From: Shigella phage SfMu
Length of the DNA: 37,146 bases
Sequence record: KP010268
Strand: one strand, 5' to 3'
The first letter of the stretch is position 1. Each line of letters starts with the position of its first letter. The position numbers and the translations under genes are program-made. Positions 29,240 to 37,146 of the stretch are shown here, piece after piece. Under the pieces are notes generated by a model. It was not told where the DNA came from. It searched no databases and saw only the letters and a program-made list of their open reading frames with translations.

Positions 29240-29820
29240 ATGATTCCGCCATGAACCGCCTGCTGATGCCGCTGATGCGTCGTGTGCGCCTGATGCTTGC
29301 GCGTGCCGTTGTTAACGTGATTAACGACGGGCGAAAGGTTCAGAACCTGCAGGTTGGTCTGCTGGATGATGAGGAATCTGATGAAGTGGAGCGCCTGCAA
29401 AATTACGGGCATTTCAGCGTTCCTCTGCCGGGCGCAGAGGCGCTGATTGCCTGTGTGGGTGCACAACGTGATCAGGGGATTGCCGTTGTGGTGGAAGACC
29501 GCCGCTACCGCCCGACAAATCTTGAACCGGGTGATGCTGGCATTTACCACCACGAGGGGCATCGTATCAGGCTGACAAAGGACGGACGCTGCATCATTAC
29601 CTGTAAAACGGTTGAGGTTTACGCTGATGAAAGTATGACCGTTGACACACCCAGAACCACGTTTACCGGCGACGTTGAGATCCAGAAAGGTCTGGGCGTT
29701 AAAGGTAAAAGCCAGTTCGACAGCAATATTACTGCCCCGGATGCCATCATCAATGGCAAATCGACGGATAAGCATATCCACCGTGGCGATAGCGGCGGAA
29801 CCACGGGGCCAATGCAATGA
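29227..29820 (+). CDS. Baseplate spike / central puncturing protein (Mu gp45-like)
   Basis: 197 aa; position; start GTG 29227 or ATG 29251. Confidence 0.6.
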   Translation: MERVNDSAMNRLLMPLMRRVRLMLARAVVNVINDGRKVQNLQVGLLDDEESDEVERLQNYGHFSVPLPGAEALIACVGAQRDQGIAVVVEDRRYRPTNLEPGDAGIYHHEGHRIRLTKDGRCIITCKTVEVYADESMTVDTPRTTFTGDVEIQKGLGVKGKSQFDSNITAPDAIINGKSTDKHIHRGDSGGTTGPMQ

Positions 29821-30254
29821 CCGATTTAGCCATTATCTGGACGAACGGACGCGGCGATATTGCACAGGATGGCATTGATATGCTGACCGACGACAGCCTG
29901 ACAACCGATGTGACAATCTCCCTGTTTACCGACCGGCGCGCGCTGGATTCTGACACGCTGCCGGATGGTTCAGATGATCGCCGTGGATGGTGGGGTGACA
30001 GTTACCGCGACCGCCCCATCGGTTCGCGGTTGTGGCTGTTATCACGTGAAAAAGCCACACCGGATACGCTGGAACGCGCCAGAGGGTATGCCGAAGAGGC
30101 GCTGGAATGGCTGAAAACAGCGGGCCGGGTAAGTGCGATTAACGTCAGGGCGGAACAGTTACATCAGGGCTGGTTATACCTCTACATTGCACTGACATTA
30201 CCGGATGGTTCCGTTATTCCTTATGAGTTTAAAGCAGCATTTAACGGGGTTTAA
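29817..30254 (+). CDS. Baseplate protein (small, gp46-like)
   Basis: 145 aa, ATGA overlap. Confidence 0.6.
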   Translation: MTDLAIIWTNGRGDIAQDGIDMLTDDSLTTDVTISLFTDRRALDSDTLPDGSDDRRGWWGDSYRDRPIGSRLWLLSREKATPDTLERARGYAEEALEWLKTAGRVSAINVRAEQLHQGWLYLYIALTLPDGSVIPYEFKAAFNGV

Positions 30255-31337
30255 ATGGCTTATTCACCACCGACATTATCATCGCTGATTGCCCGTACAG
30301 AACAGAATATTGAACAGCGCCTGCCGGGTAGCTGGCCTCAGGCCCGTGAAAAAACGCTGAGTGCCATTGCTTATGCTCAGGCGGGCCTTGCTGCCGGTTG
30401 TCACGAGCATATTTCATGGGTCGGGCGACAGATTATCCCGTCGACAGCAGATGAAGATGAGTTGCTGGAGCACTGCCGGTTCTGGGGCGTGCGCCGCAAA
30501 CAGGCGACAGCCGCCAGCGGCCCGCTGACTGTCACCACATCGGCAGCGACCACCATTCCTGCCGGTACACGCTGGCAGCGTGCTGATGGTGTGGTTTACA
30601 GCCTGGCTGATGCCATTGTGATTGACCGTGCAGGAACGACGGAAATTACCGTTACCGCACTGGCTGCCGGTGAGGCAGGAAATACCGGTGAGAATACCCT
30701 TTTAACGTTGATTACTCCGGTTGCCTGTGTTGTTTCCGATGCCATCACTGTAAAAGGGTTTTCCGGTGGAGCTGATATTGAGAGTGCAGCGGAGCTGCTG
30801 TCACGGCTGGAATATCGTGTCCAGTATCCTCCGTTCGGCGGTAATCAGTTTGATTATGTTCGCTGGGCGCGTGAAGTCAGCGGCGTTACCCGTGCCTGGT
30901 GTTTTCCGACATGGAAAGGCGGTGGCACAGTCGGGGTGACGTTTGTTATGGATAACCGGAGCAATATTTTTCCACAACCGGCAGATGTGGAACGTGTGGC
31001 GGATTATATCGCCGGTCATACTGACCCGATAACCGGCCTGATTGTCGGGCAGCCTGATGGTGTAAATGTCACGGTATTTGCGCCAGAGTCAAAGCCGGTA
31101 AATCCACGGATTTATATATCACCGAAGACTGCCGAACTGAAACAGGCCATTACCCACGCCATTAATACCATGTTTTTTAATGAGGTGACGCCGGGCGGTG
31201 CACTTGCCCCCTCCCGTATTATCCGTGCGGTGGCAGGTGTTACCGGTCTGGATGATTTTGAAGTGCGTTTCCCGACAGAGATCCAGCGTTCGGAGAATAC
31301 GGAACTGTTAACACCGGGGACAATTGAATGGCTGTAA
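30255..31337 (+). CDS. Baseplate wedge protein (J-like, gp47-like)
   Basis: 360 aa; position. Confidence 0.65.
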   Translation: MAYSPPTLSSLIARTEQNIEQRLPGSWPQAREKTLSAIAYAQAGLAAGCHEHISWVGRQIIPSTADEDELLEHCRFWGVRRKQATAASGPLTVTTSAATTIPAGTRWQRADGVVYSLADAIVIDRAGTTEITVTALAAGEAGNTGENTLLTLITPVACVVSDAITVKGFSGGADIESAAELLSRLEYRVQYPPFGGNQFDYVRWAREVSGVTRAWCFPTWKGGGTVGVTFVMDNRSNIFPQPADVERVADYIAGHTDPITGLIVGQPDGVNVTVFAPESKPVNPRIYISPKTAELKQAITHAINTMFFNEVTPGGALAPSRIIRAVAGVTGLDDFEVRFPTEIQRSENTELLTPGTIEWL

Positions 31338-31870
31338 CACCCTATCAGACGGCCTTTCTGCAATTACTGCCGTCAGGGCTTGCCTGGAATAAAAGCCCCG
31401 ACAGCAAATTATCTGCGCTGGCGCAGGCCATCAGCGACGTGATTGCCACTGCGGCGGATGATGCGCGGCAAATGCTGCGGGAGCGTTTCCCGTCCACATC
31501 CCGCTGGTATCTGGGTGAGTGGGAATCACTTCTGGGGTTGCCGGACTGTACAAGCGAAAACGGCACCCTGTCCGAACGCCAGCGGGCTGCCGCGAATAAA
31601 ATGCGTATGACCGGCAATCTGAGTCGGCGCTTTTATGAATGGCTGGCTGCGCAGTACGGTTTTACCGTCAGGCTGACGGATTCCACAGAAGGCCAGTGGG
31701 TTACGCAGGTCAATATTTACGGTATTAAAAATTATCGCAACGCAACGGTGCTGGATAATGTTCTGACGCCGTTACGTGTTTATGAATCGGGTGCGCTGGA
31801 ATGTTTACTGGAGAAATATAAACCCGCGCATCAGATTTATAAATTTGTTTACCATGACGGAGATAACTAA
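31328..31870 (+). CDS. Baseplate / tail fibre attachment protein (gp48-like)
   Basis: 180 aa; overlaps neighbours; position before S. Confidence 0.6.
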   Translation: MAVTPYQTAFLQLLPSGLAWNKSPDSKLSALAQAISDVIATAADDARQMLRERFPSTSRWYLGEWESLLGLPDCTSENGTLSERQRAAANKMRMTGNLSRRFYEWLAAQYGFTVRLTDSTEGQWVTQVNIYGIKNYRNATVLDNVLTPLRVYESGALECLLEKYKPAHQIYKFVYHDGDN

Positions 31871-33336
31871 TGTTTTATATTGATAACGACAGCGGCGTAA
31901 CCGTCATGCCGCCCGTATCCGCCCAGCGTAGTGCTATCGTTCGCTGGTTTTCAGAAGGTGACGGGAATAATGTTATCACATGGCCCGGCATGGACTGGTT
32001 TAATATTGTGCAGGCGGAGTTATTAAACACGCTGGAAGAAGCCGGTATTCAACCGGATAAAACAAAATTAAACCAGCTTGCACTGTCCATTAAAGCCATT
32101 ATGAGCAATAACGCGCTGCTGATAAAAAATAACCTCAGCGAAATTAAAACTGCCGGGGCATCAGCACAGCGTACAGCACGTGAAAATCTGGATATCTATG
32201 ATGCCAGCCTGAACAAAAAAGGACTCGTTCAGCTAACCAGTGCCACTGACAGCCCCAGTGAAACGCTGGCAGCCACCGCAAAAGCGGTGAAAATTGCGAT
32301 GGATAATGCCAGTGCCCGTCTGGCAAAAGACCGGAACGGAGCAGATATTCCCAATAAGCCGCTGTTTATCCAAAACGTCGGTTTACAGGAAACGGTAAAT
32401 CAGGCTTCTGGCGCATTACAGAAAAACCAGAACGGTGCAGATATTCCAGGAAAAGATACCTTCACCAAAAATATTGGTGCCTGCCGCGCATATAGCGCAT
32501 GGGTGGATATTGGTGGCGATAGTCAGGTCTGGACAACTGCGCAATTTATTTCGTGGCTGGAGAGTCAGGGGGCATTTAACCATCCTTACTGGATGTGCAA
32601 AGGCTCATGGGCTTATGCAAATAATAAGGTCATTACAGATACAGGTTGCGGAAATATTTGTCTTGCAGGTGCTGTGGTGGAAGTTATTGGCACTCGCGGC
32701 GCAATGACCATACGTGTTACTACACCGAGTACGTCCAGCGGTGGCGGAATTACTAACGCTCAATTCACTTATATTAATCATGGCAATGCTTATGCTCCTG
32801 GCTGGCGACGAGACTACAACACGAAAAACCAGCAGCCTGCATTTGCTTTAGGGCAAACAGGAAATACCGTCGGAAACGACAAAGCCGTTGGCTGGAACTG
32901 GAATAGCGGTGTTTATGATGCAGATATCAGCGGTGCATCAACATTAATCCTCCACTTCAATAAGAATACGGGGAGCTGCCCTGCTGTACAGTTCCGTGTG
33001 AATTATAAGAACGGCGGTATTTTTTATCGTTCAGCGCGTGATGGTTATGGATTTGAGGCTGGCTGGTCAGAGTTTTACACCACAACACGCAAGCCATCAG
33101 CGAGAGATGTTGGCGCATATACGCAGGCAGAATGTAACTCAAGGTTTATTACAGGTATTCGCCTTGGTGGTCTGTCATCTGTTCGGACATGGAATGGTCC
33201 CGGCTGGTCTGACAGGTCAGGTTATGTTGTTACCGGTTCCGTTAACTCAAACAGAGATGAACTAATTGATACAACTCAGGCAAGGCCAGTTCAGTATTGC
33301 ATTAATGGGACGTGGTATAACGCGGGGAGTATTTAA
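31870..33336 (+). CDS. S: Tail fibre protein S: constant part fused to the variable part of the G segment in the current orientation
   Basis: 488 aa; gix recombination site lies inside the ORF at 32366..32391; C-terminus ...VQYCINGTWYNAGSI parallels the C-terminus of the inverted copy S'. Confidence 0.85.
   Translation: MFYIDNDSGVTVMPPVSAQRSAIVRWFSEGDGNNVITWPGMDWFNIVQAELLNTLEEAGIQPDKTKLNQLALSIKAIMSNNALLIKNNLSEIKTAGASAQRTARENLDIYDASLNKKGLVQLTSATDSPSETLAATAKAVKIAMDNASARLAKDRNGADIPNKPLFIQNVGLQETVNQASGALQKNQNGADIPGKDTFTKNIGACRAYSAWVDIGGDSQVWTTAQFISWLESQGAFNHPYWMCKGSWAYANNKVITDTGCGNICLAGAVVEVIGTRGAMTIRVTTPSTSSGGGITNAQFTYINHGNAYAPGWRRDYNTKNQQPAFALGQTGNTVGNDKAVGWNWNSGVYDADISGASTLILHFNKNTGSCPAVQFRVNYKNGGIFYRSARDGYGFEAGWSEFYTTTRKPSARDVGAYTQAECNSRFITGIRLGGLSSVRTWNGPGWSDRSGYVVTGSVNSNRDELIDTTQARPVQYCINGTWYNAGSI
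32366..32391. repeat. gixL recombination site
   Basis: TTATCCAAAACGTCGGTTTACAGGAA inside S. Confidence 0.8.
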
Positions 33337-33338
33337 CG

Positions 33339-33872
33339 ATGATGCACTTAAAAAACATTTCTGCTGGTAATCCTGAAACAAAAGAGCAATACCAGCTAAC
33401 GAAACAATTTAACATCAAATGGCTTTATACAGAGGATGGGAAAAACTGGTATGAGGAACAAAAGAACTTTCAGCCTGATACGTTGAAAATGGTCTATGAC
33501 CACAACGGCGTTATTATTTGTATTGAAAAGGATGTTTCAGCAATTAATCCGGAAGGCGCAAGCGTCGTTGAGGTTCCTGATATTACAGCAAATCGCCGGG
33601 CTGATATTTCAGGTAAATGGATGTTCAAAGATGGCGTAGTGATAAAGCGAACTTATACCGGGGAAGAGCAGAGGCAACAAGCGGAAAATGAAAAGCAAAG
33701 CCTGCTACAGCTCGTCAGGGATAAAACCCAGCTATGGGACTCACAGCTACGGCTGGGCATTATTTCCGACGAGAATAAACAAAAATTAACCGAGTGGATG
33801 CTCTATGCGCAGAAGGTCGAATCCACAGACACCTCCAGCCTGCCAGTAACGTTTCCCGAACAACCAGAATGA
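33339..33872 (+). CDS. U: Tail fibre assembly protein U
   Basis: 177 aa; N-terminal two-thirds nearly identical to minus-strand U' (MMHLKNI.AGN..T.EQY.LTK...[19 protein letters not shown]). Confidence 0.85.
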   Translation: MMHLKNISAGNPETKEQYQLTKQFNIKWLYTEDGKNWYEEQKNFQPDTLKMVYDHNGVIICIEKDVSAINPEGASVVEVPDITANRRADISGKWMFKDGVVIKRTYTGEEQRQQAENEKQSLLQLVRDKTQLWDSQLRLGIISDENKQKLTEWMLYAQKVESTDTSSLPVTFPEQPE

Positions 33873-33875
33873 AAC

Positions 33876-33895
33876 AAGGCCCGATATCGGGCCTT
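33876..33895. terminator. Bidirectional hairpin between convergent U and U'
   Basis: Self-complementary AAGGCCCGATATCGGGCCTT flanked by A/T runs on both sides. Confidence 0.7.
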
Positions 33896-33900
33896 AATTT

Positions 33901-34428
33901 TTATTCAGGCTTTTGTGGCCATTCAGGATTTGCCGTATCCACACGGCTGACCAGAACACTGTAGCGTTCCCATGACTCCAGTCGTGCGTGTTCCTCATCC
34001 GTCGCCATATTCAGCCTGACAGCGCGTTCCAGCGGCTGGATGACTGATTCAGCTTCGGAAAGTAACGCGGCCTTTTGTGATTCGGCCTGTTGCTGCTGTT
34101 CGTCTGCTGTATAAGTCCTCCTGACCACCGCTCCGTCCTTAAACATCCACTTCCCTGAATCATCGGCACGACGGTTAGCTGTTATATCGGGGATTTCAAC
34201 GACGCTAAAACCTTCAGGATTAAGCGTGGAGGCATCTTTAGTGACGGCGACAATAATATTATTTTCGTCGTAAACAATCTTTATTGTATCCGGCTGAAAG
34301 TTCTTCACTTCCTCATACCAGTTTTTCCCGTCTTCAGCGTAAAGCCAGATGACTCCGTGCTTCTTTGTTAACTCATACTGCTCCAGTGTTTTAGCATTAC
34401 CCGCTTTTATGTTCTTTAAGTGCATCAT
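33901..34428 (-). CDS. Alternative tail fibre assembly protein U'
   Basis: 175 aa paralog of U on the minus strand inside the G segment. Confidence 0.85.
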   Translation of the reverse strand: MMHLKNIKAGNAKTLEQYELTKKHGVIWLYAEDGKNWYEEVKNFQPDTIKIVYDENNIIVAVTKDASTLNPEGFSVVEIPDITANRRADDSGKWMFKDGAVVRRTYTADEQQQQAESQKAALLSEAESVIQPLERAVRLNMATDEEHARLESWERYSVLVSRVDTANPEWPQKPE

Positions 34429-34429
34429 A

Positions 34430-35395
34430 TTAAACGCTCGCTACATTATACCATGTGCCATTTATATACTTTTGAACGGGTCTGTAATAAACGCCAGCTA
34501 TATTATCGGCAGAGTTTTTGCCTGTATCCTGAACATTAATACCAGACAATACATGACCTGAAGGGCACTGGAAATTCCATGTTTGCCAGTTATTCACACC
34601 ATAATATTGCTGTGAGCCAAGCCGGACATCTTTCACATATCTGGAGTCAAAATTGCCATAATTGCCGGGAATAACTTGCGCACCACAAAGCCAGTTACCG
34701 TTATTATCCATGTACGCCTGACCATCGGTGCCATTGGCTGTCCTTGAGTTATTAATCATGTAGATGCCAAATTGCTTATTTCCCAGACCGCCAATCATAA
34801 ATTTGCGGTCGGCATGGTCCTGACGGAGCAAAGCCTGAGCACCATCAGTGGATACCGCATTACGTCCCAAAATAACATTCTGGTCACGCATATGAATCCA
34901 CATGCCGGTACTACTGTTAATTGCAAAACGGTTTGCAAATATATCCCCTGTAACATCAAGACCATGCCCCATGCTTATCCGGCCAGTTCTGAGATTAAGC
35001 GTAAAGGGGCGTAGTGGCCCTATATTACCATTTTCCCCTTCATTCTCTCGTGTAGGGATGATATGCAGGCATTCTTCAGAACGACGAAAAATGGCACCAA
35101 AAGATGAATTAAATATCCTCAGTGCATTGACTGTCGATATTTTCACTTCACTGCTGAAAAGGGCTTCAACAAGAACAGACAAAGCATTCCATTTAAGATT
35201 CATCAGGTCTTTAGGCCGGGTGCCAATGATGCGGTGTCTCCATTTGAAATATTCATTGCCGTTGTTGCCTGTTTCAAACCACATGTAGGAATCGGTGTCT
35301 GCATCCGAATTATTTTTAAACCCAATCTTTGCCCAGTCAGTATTTCGAATCCAGGCAAGGATTGAGTCGTTTTCAAAAGTAAGTCCACCGGACAA
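34430..35395 (-). CDS. Alternative tail fibre variable part S' (no own start; expressed only after G inversion fuses it to the constant part of S)
   Basis: Minus-strand open frame continues through gixR without a start; C-terminus ...[15 protein letters not shown] matches end of S. Confidence 0.8.
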   Translation of the reverse strand: MSGGLTFENDSILAWIRNTDWAKIGFKNNSDADTDSYMWFETGNNGNEYFKWRHRIIGTRPKDLMNLKWNALSVLVEALFSSEVKISTVNALRIFNSSFGAIFRRSEECLHIIPTRENEGENGNIGPLRPFTLNLRTGRISMGHGLDVTGDIFANRFAINSSTGMWIHMRDQNVILGRNAVSTDGAQALLRQDHADRKFMIGGLGNKQFGIYMINNSRTANGTDGQAYMDNNGNWLCGAQVIPGNYGNFDSRYVKDVRLGSQQYYGVNNWQTWNFQCPSGHVLSGINVQDTGKNSADNIAGVYYRPVQKYINGTWYNVASV

Positions 35396-35440
35396 CGTAT
35401 CGCCTGTCTTTTGAACAGCGTTACCAGCCTTGTTTACCGT

Positions 35441-35466
35441 TTCCTGTAAACCGAGGTTTTAGATAA
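35441..35466. repeat. gixR recombination site
   Basis: TTCCTGTAAACCGAGGTTTTAGATAA, inverted copy of gixL with 2 mismatches. Confidence 0.8.
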
Positions 35467-35520
35467 TGGCCGTTTCTGGCCTGCATGGCATGATTTCCGC
35501 TTTTAAACGGGGAATTCAGC

Positions 35521-36114
35521 GTGCTGATTGGCTATGTAAGGGTATCAACAAATGACCAGAATACAGACCTGCAACGAAACGCTCTTGTTTGTGCAGGATG
35601 TGAACAAATATTTGAAGATAAATTAAGCGGAACAAGGACAGACAGACCTGGATTAAAACGCGCTTTAAAGCGTCTTCAAAAAGGTGACACACTGGTTGTC
35701 TGGAAACTGGATCGCCTCGGGCGAAGCATGAAACATTTGATTTCTCTCGTAGGGGAATTACGAGAGCGAGGGATTAATTTTCGCAGTCTTACTGACAGTA
35801 TTGATACGTCATCTCCAATGGGGCGTTTTTTCTTCCACGTTATGGGTGCCCTGGCTGAGATGGAACGAGAACTAATCATCGAGAGAACGATGGCTGGACT
35901 TGCTGCTGCCAGAAATAAAGGCCGTATCGGTGGGCGACCACCTAAACTAACCAAAGCGGAATGGGAGCAGGCCGGGCGTTTATTAGCACAAGGAATCCCC
36001 CGCAAGCAGGTCGCATTGATCTACGATGTGGCCCTGTCAACGCTGTATAAAAAACACCCCGCCAAACGAACACATATAGAAAACGACGATCGAATCAATC
36101 AAATCGATCGGTAA
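35521..36114 (+). CDS. gin: Gin serine invertase (G-segment DNA invertase)
   Basis: 197 aa MLIGYVRVSTNDQNTDLQRNAL...; resolvase/invertase catalytic Ser in VRVST; GTG start; adjacent to gixR. Confidence 0.92.
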   Translation: MLIGYVRVSTNDQNTDLQRNALVCAGCEQIFEDKLSGTRTDRPGLKRALKRLQKGDTLVVWKLDRLGRSMKHLISLVGELRERGINFRSLTDSIDTSSPMGRFFFHVMGALAEMERELIIERTMAGLAAARNKGRIGGRPPKLTKAEWEQAGRLLAQGIPRKQVALIYDVALSTLYKKHPAKRTHIENDDRINQIDR

Positions 36115-36196
36115 TATAGATCGATTATGCCCCAATAACCACACTCAACCCACGATGTTTTTTAAGATAGTGGCGAATTGATGCAAAGGAGGTGAG
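36088..36196 (+). promoter_or_regulatory. mom operon control region: three clustered GATC sites, C-activator site and Pmom
   Basis: GATC at about 36088, 36106 and 36119; ATTATGCCCCAATAACC immediately downstream; then AAGGAGG RBS for com. Confidence 0.75.
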
Positions 36197-36385
36197 ATGA
36201 AATCAATTCGCTGTAAAAACTGCAACAAACTGTTATTTAAGGCGGATTCCTTTGATCACATTGAAATCAGGTGTCCGCGTTGCAAACGTCACATCATAAT
36301 GCTGAATGCCTGCGAGCATCCCACGGAGAAACATTGTGGGAAAAGAGAAAAAATCACGCATTCTGACGAAACCGTGCGTTATTGA
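36197..36385 (+). CDS. com: Com, zinc-finger translational activator of mom
   Basis: 62 aa [32 protein letters not shown]... with CxxC...CxxC; AAGGAGG RBS. Confidence 0.9.
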   Translation: MKSIRCKNCNKLLFKADSFDHIEIRCPRCKRHIIMLNACEHPTEKHCGKREKITHSDETVRY

Positions 36386-37031
36386 GTATGAAGGCCAGAT
36401 TGTTGGCTATGGTTCAAAGGAGCTGCGCGTTGAAACCATATCCTGCTGGCTGGCCCGCACAATTATTCAGACAAAGCACTATTCCCGCCGTTTTGTGAAT
36501 AACTCTTACCTCCACCTGGGAGTATTCAGCGGACGCGATCTGGTTGGCGTTCTCCAGTGGGGATATGCCCTTAACCCCAACTCAGGTCGTCGTGTCGTGC
36601 TTGAAACGGATAACCGGGGCTATATGGAGTTGAATCGCATGTGGCTACACGACGACATGCCCCGCAACTCTGAATCACGGGCCATCAGCTACGCGCTGAA
36701 AGTTATCAGATTACTGTATCCGTCAGTGGAGTGGGTTCAGTCCTTTGCTGACGAACGCTGCGGACGCGCAGGCGTTGTGTATCAGGCGTCGAATTTTGAT
36801 TTTATTGGCAGCCATGAAAGCACGTTCTACGAGCTGGATGGTGAGTGGTATCACGAGATAACGATGAACGCGATTAAGCGAGGTGGACAACGAGGCGTGT
36901 ATTTACGGGCTAATAAAGAGCGTGCCGTGGTGCACAAATTTAATCAGTATCGCTACATCAGATTCCTGAACAAGCGAGCAAGGAAGCGGCTAAATACCAA
37001 GCTATTCAGGGTTCAGCCATACCCTAAGTGA
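36336..37031 (+). CDS. mom: Mom DNA modification enzyme (adenine modification, anti-restriction)
   Basis: Last gene before right end, overlapping com 3' end in another frame; GGAG RBS 7 nt upstream of GTG 36336 gives 231 aa; the six-frame ORF opens at ATG 36306 (241 aa) without an RBS. Confidence 0.8.
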   Translation: MGKEKKSRILTKPCVIEYEGQIVGYGSKELRVETISCWLARTIIQTKHYSRRFVNNSYLHLGVFSGRDLVGVLQWGYALNPNSGRRVVLETDNRGYMELNRMWLHDDMPRNSESRAISYALKVIRLLYPSVEWVQSFADERCGRAGVVYQASNFDFIGSHESTFYELDGEWYHEITMNAIKRGGQRGVYLRANKERAVVHKFNQYRYIRFLNKRARKRLNTKLFRVQPYPK

Positions 37032-37059
37032 TCCCCATGTAATGAATAAAAAGCAGTAA

Positions 37060-37146
37060 TTAATACTGCTGTTTCATTTGAAGCGCGAAAGCTAAAGTTT
37101 TCGCATTTATCGTGAAACGCTTTCGCGTTTTTCGTGCGCCGCTTCA
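37060..37146. mobile_element. Right end (attR) with transposase-binding repeats
   Basis: GTTTCATTTGAAGCGCGAAAG / CGTGAAACGCTTTCGCGTTTTTCG / TGCGCCGCTTCA terminal repeats mirroring the left-end sites. Confidence 0.8.

Larger units (their letters stand above)
32366..35466. other. Invertible G segment (about 3.1 kb) bounded by inverted gix sites
   Basis: Inverted repeat TTATCCAAAACGTCGGTTTACAGGAAACGGTAAA (left) versus reverse complement of TTTACCGTTTCCTGTAAACCGAGGTTTTAGATAA (right); contains S variable part and U on plus strand, S' and U' on minus strand; gin adjacent. Confidence 0.88.
1..37146. mobile_element. Complete Mu-like (D108-type) transposable phage genome, left end to right end
   Basis: Starts TGTATTGATTCAC...GTACGAAAAA (Mu-family left end), ends ...CGTTTTTCGTGCGCCGCTTCA (Mu-family right end, 5'-TG...CA-3' termini); canonical Mu gene order; recognised Mu/D108 proteins A, B, Gam, Mor, C, Lys, Gin, Com, Mom. 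Confidence 0.9.

Noticed and set aside
1-37146. CRISPR arrays, tRNA or rRNA genes
   Set aside because: No regularly spaced direct repeats and no tRNA-like or rRNA-like sequence noticed; the window is fully accounted for by phage genes

Overview
The window is a complete, end-to-end Mu-like transposable bacteriophage genome (37,146 bp) with a D108-type immunity region. It starts exactly at the phage left end (5'-TGTATTGATTCAC..., transposase-binding sites) and ends exactly at the right end (...CGTGCGCCGCTTCA-3'), so no host flank is present. Gene order is the canonical Mu layout: c repressor (minus strand) | operator/enhancer | ner-A-B | about 12 small early 'semi-essential' genes including gam | gemA-mor | middle operon ending in C | lysis cassette (SAR-type endolysin, overlapping spanins) | terminase-portal-head genes | sheath/tube/tape measure/baseplate | tail fibre S-U with the Gin-invertible G segment (S'/U' on the minus strand) | gin | com-mom. 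No rRNA, tRNA or CRISPR array was seen. Protein identities come from my recall of Mu/D108 proteins plus motifs visible in the translations, not from any database search. I did not find a clear previously undescribed system; the candidates most worth a second look are a reverse-oriented 88-codon ORF inside the otherwise unidirectional early operon, a short hydrophobic ORF in the middle operon, several Cys-rich small proteins, and the regulatory architecture (shared late-promoter motif, gix sites, GATC cluster before mom). Coordinates of non-coding elements were counted by hand and may be off by 1-2 bp.
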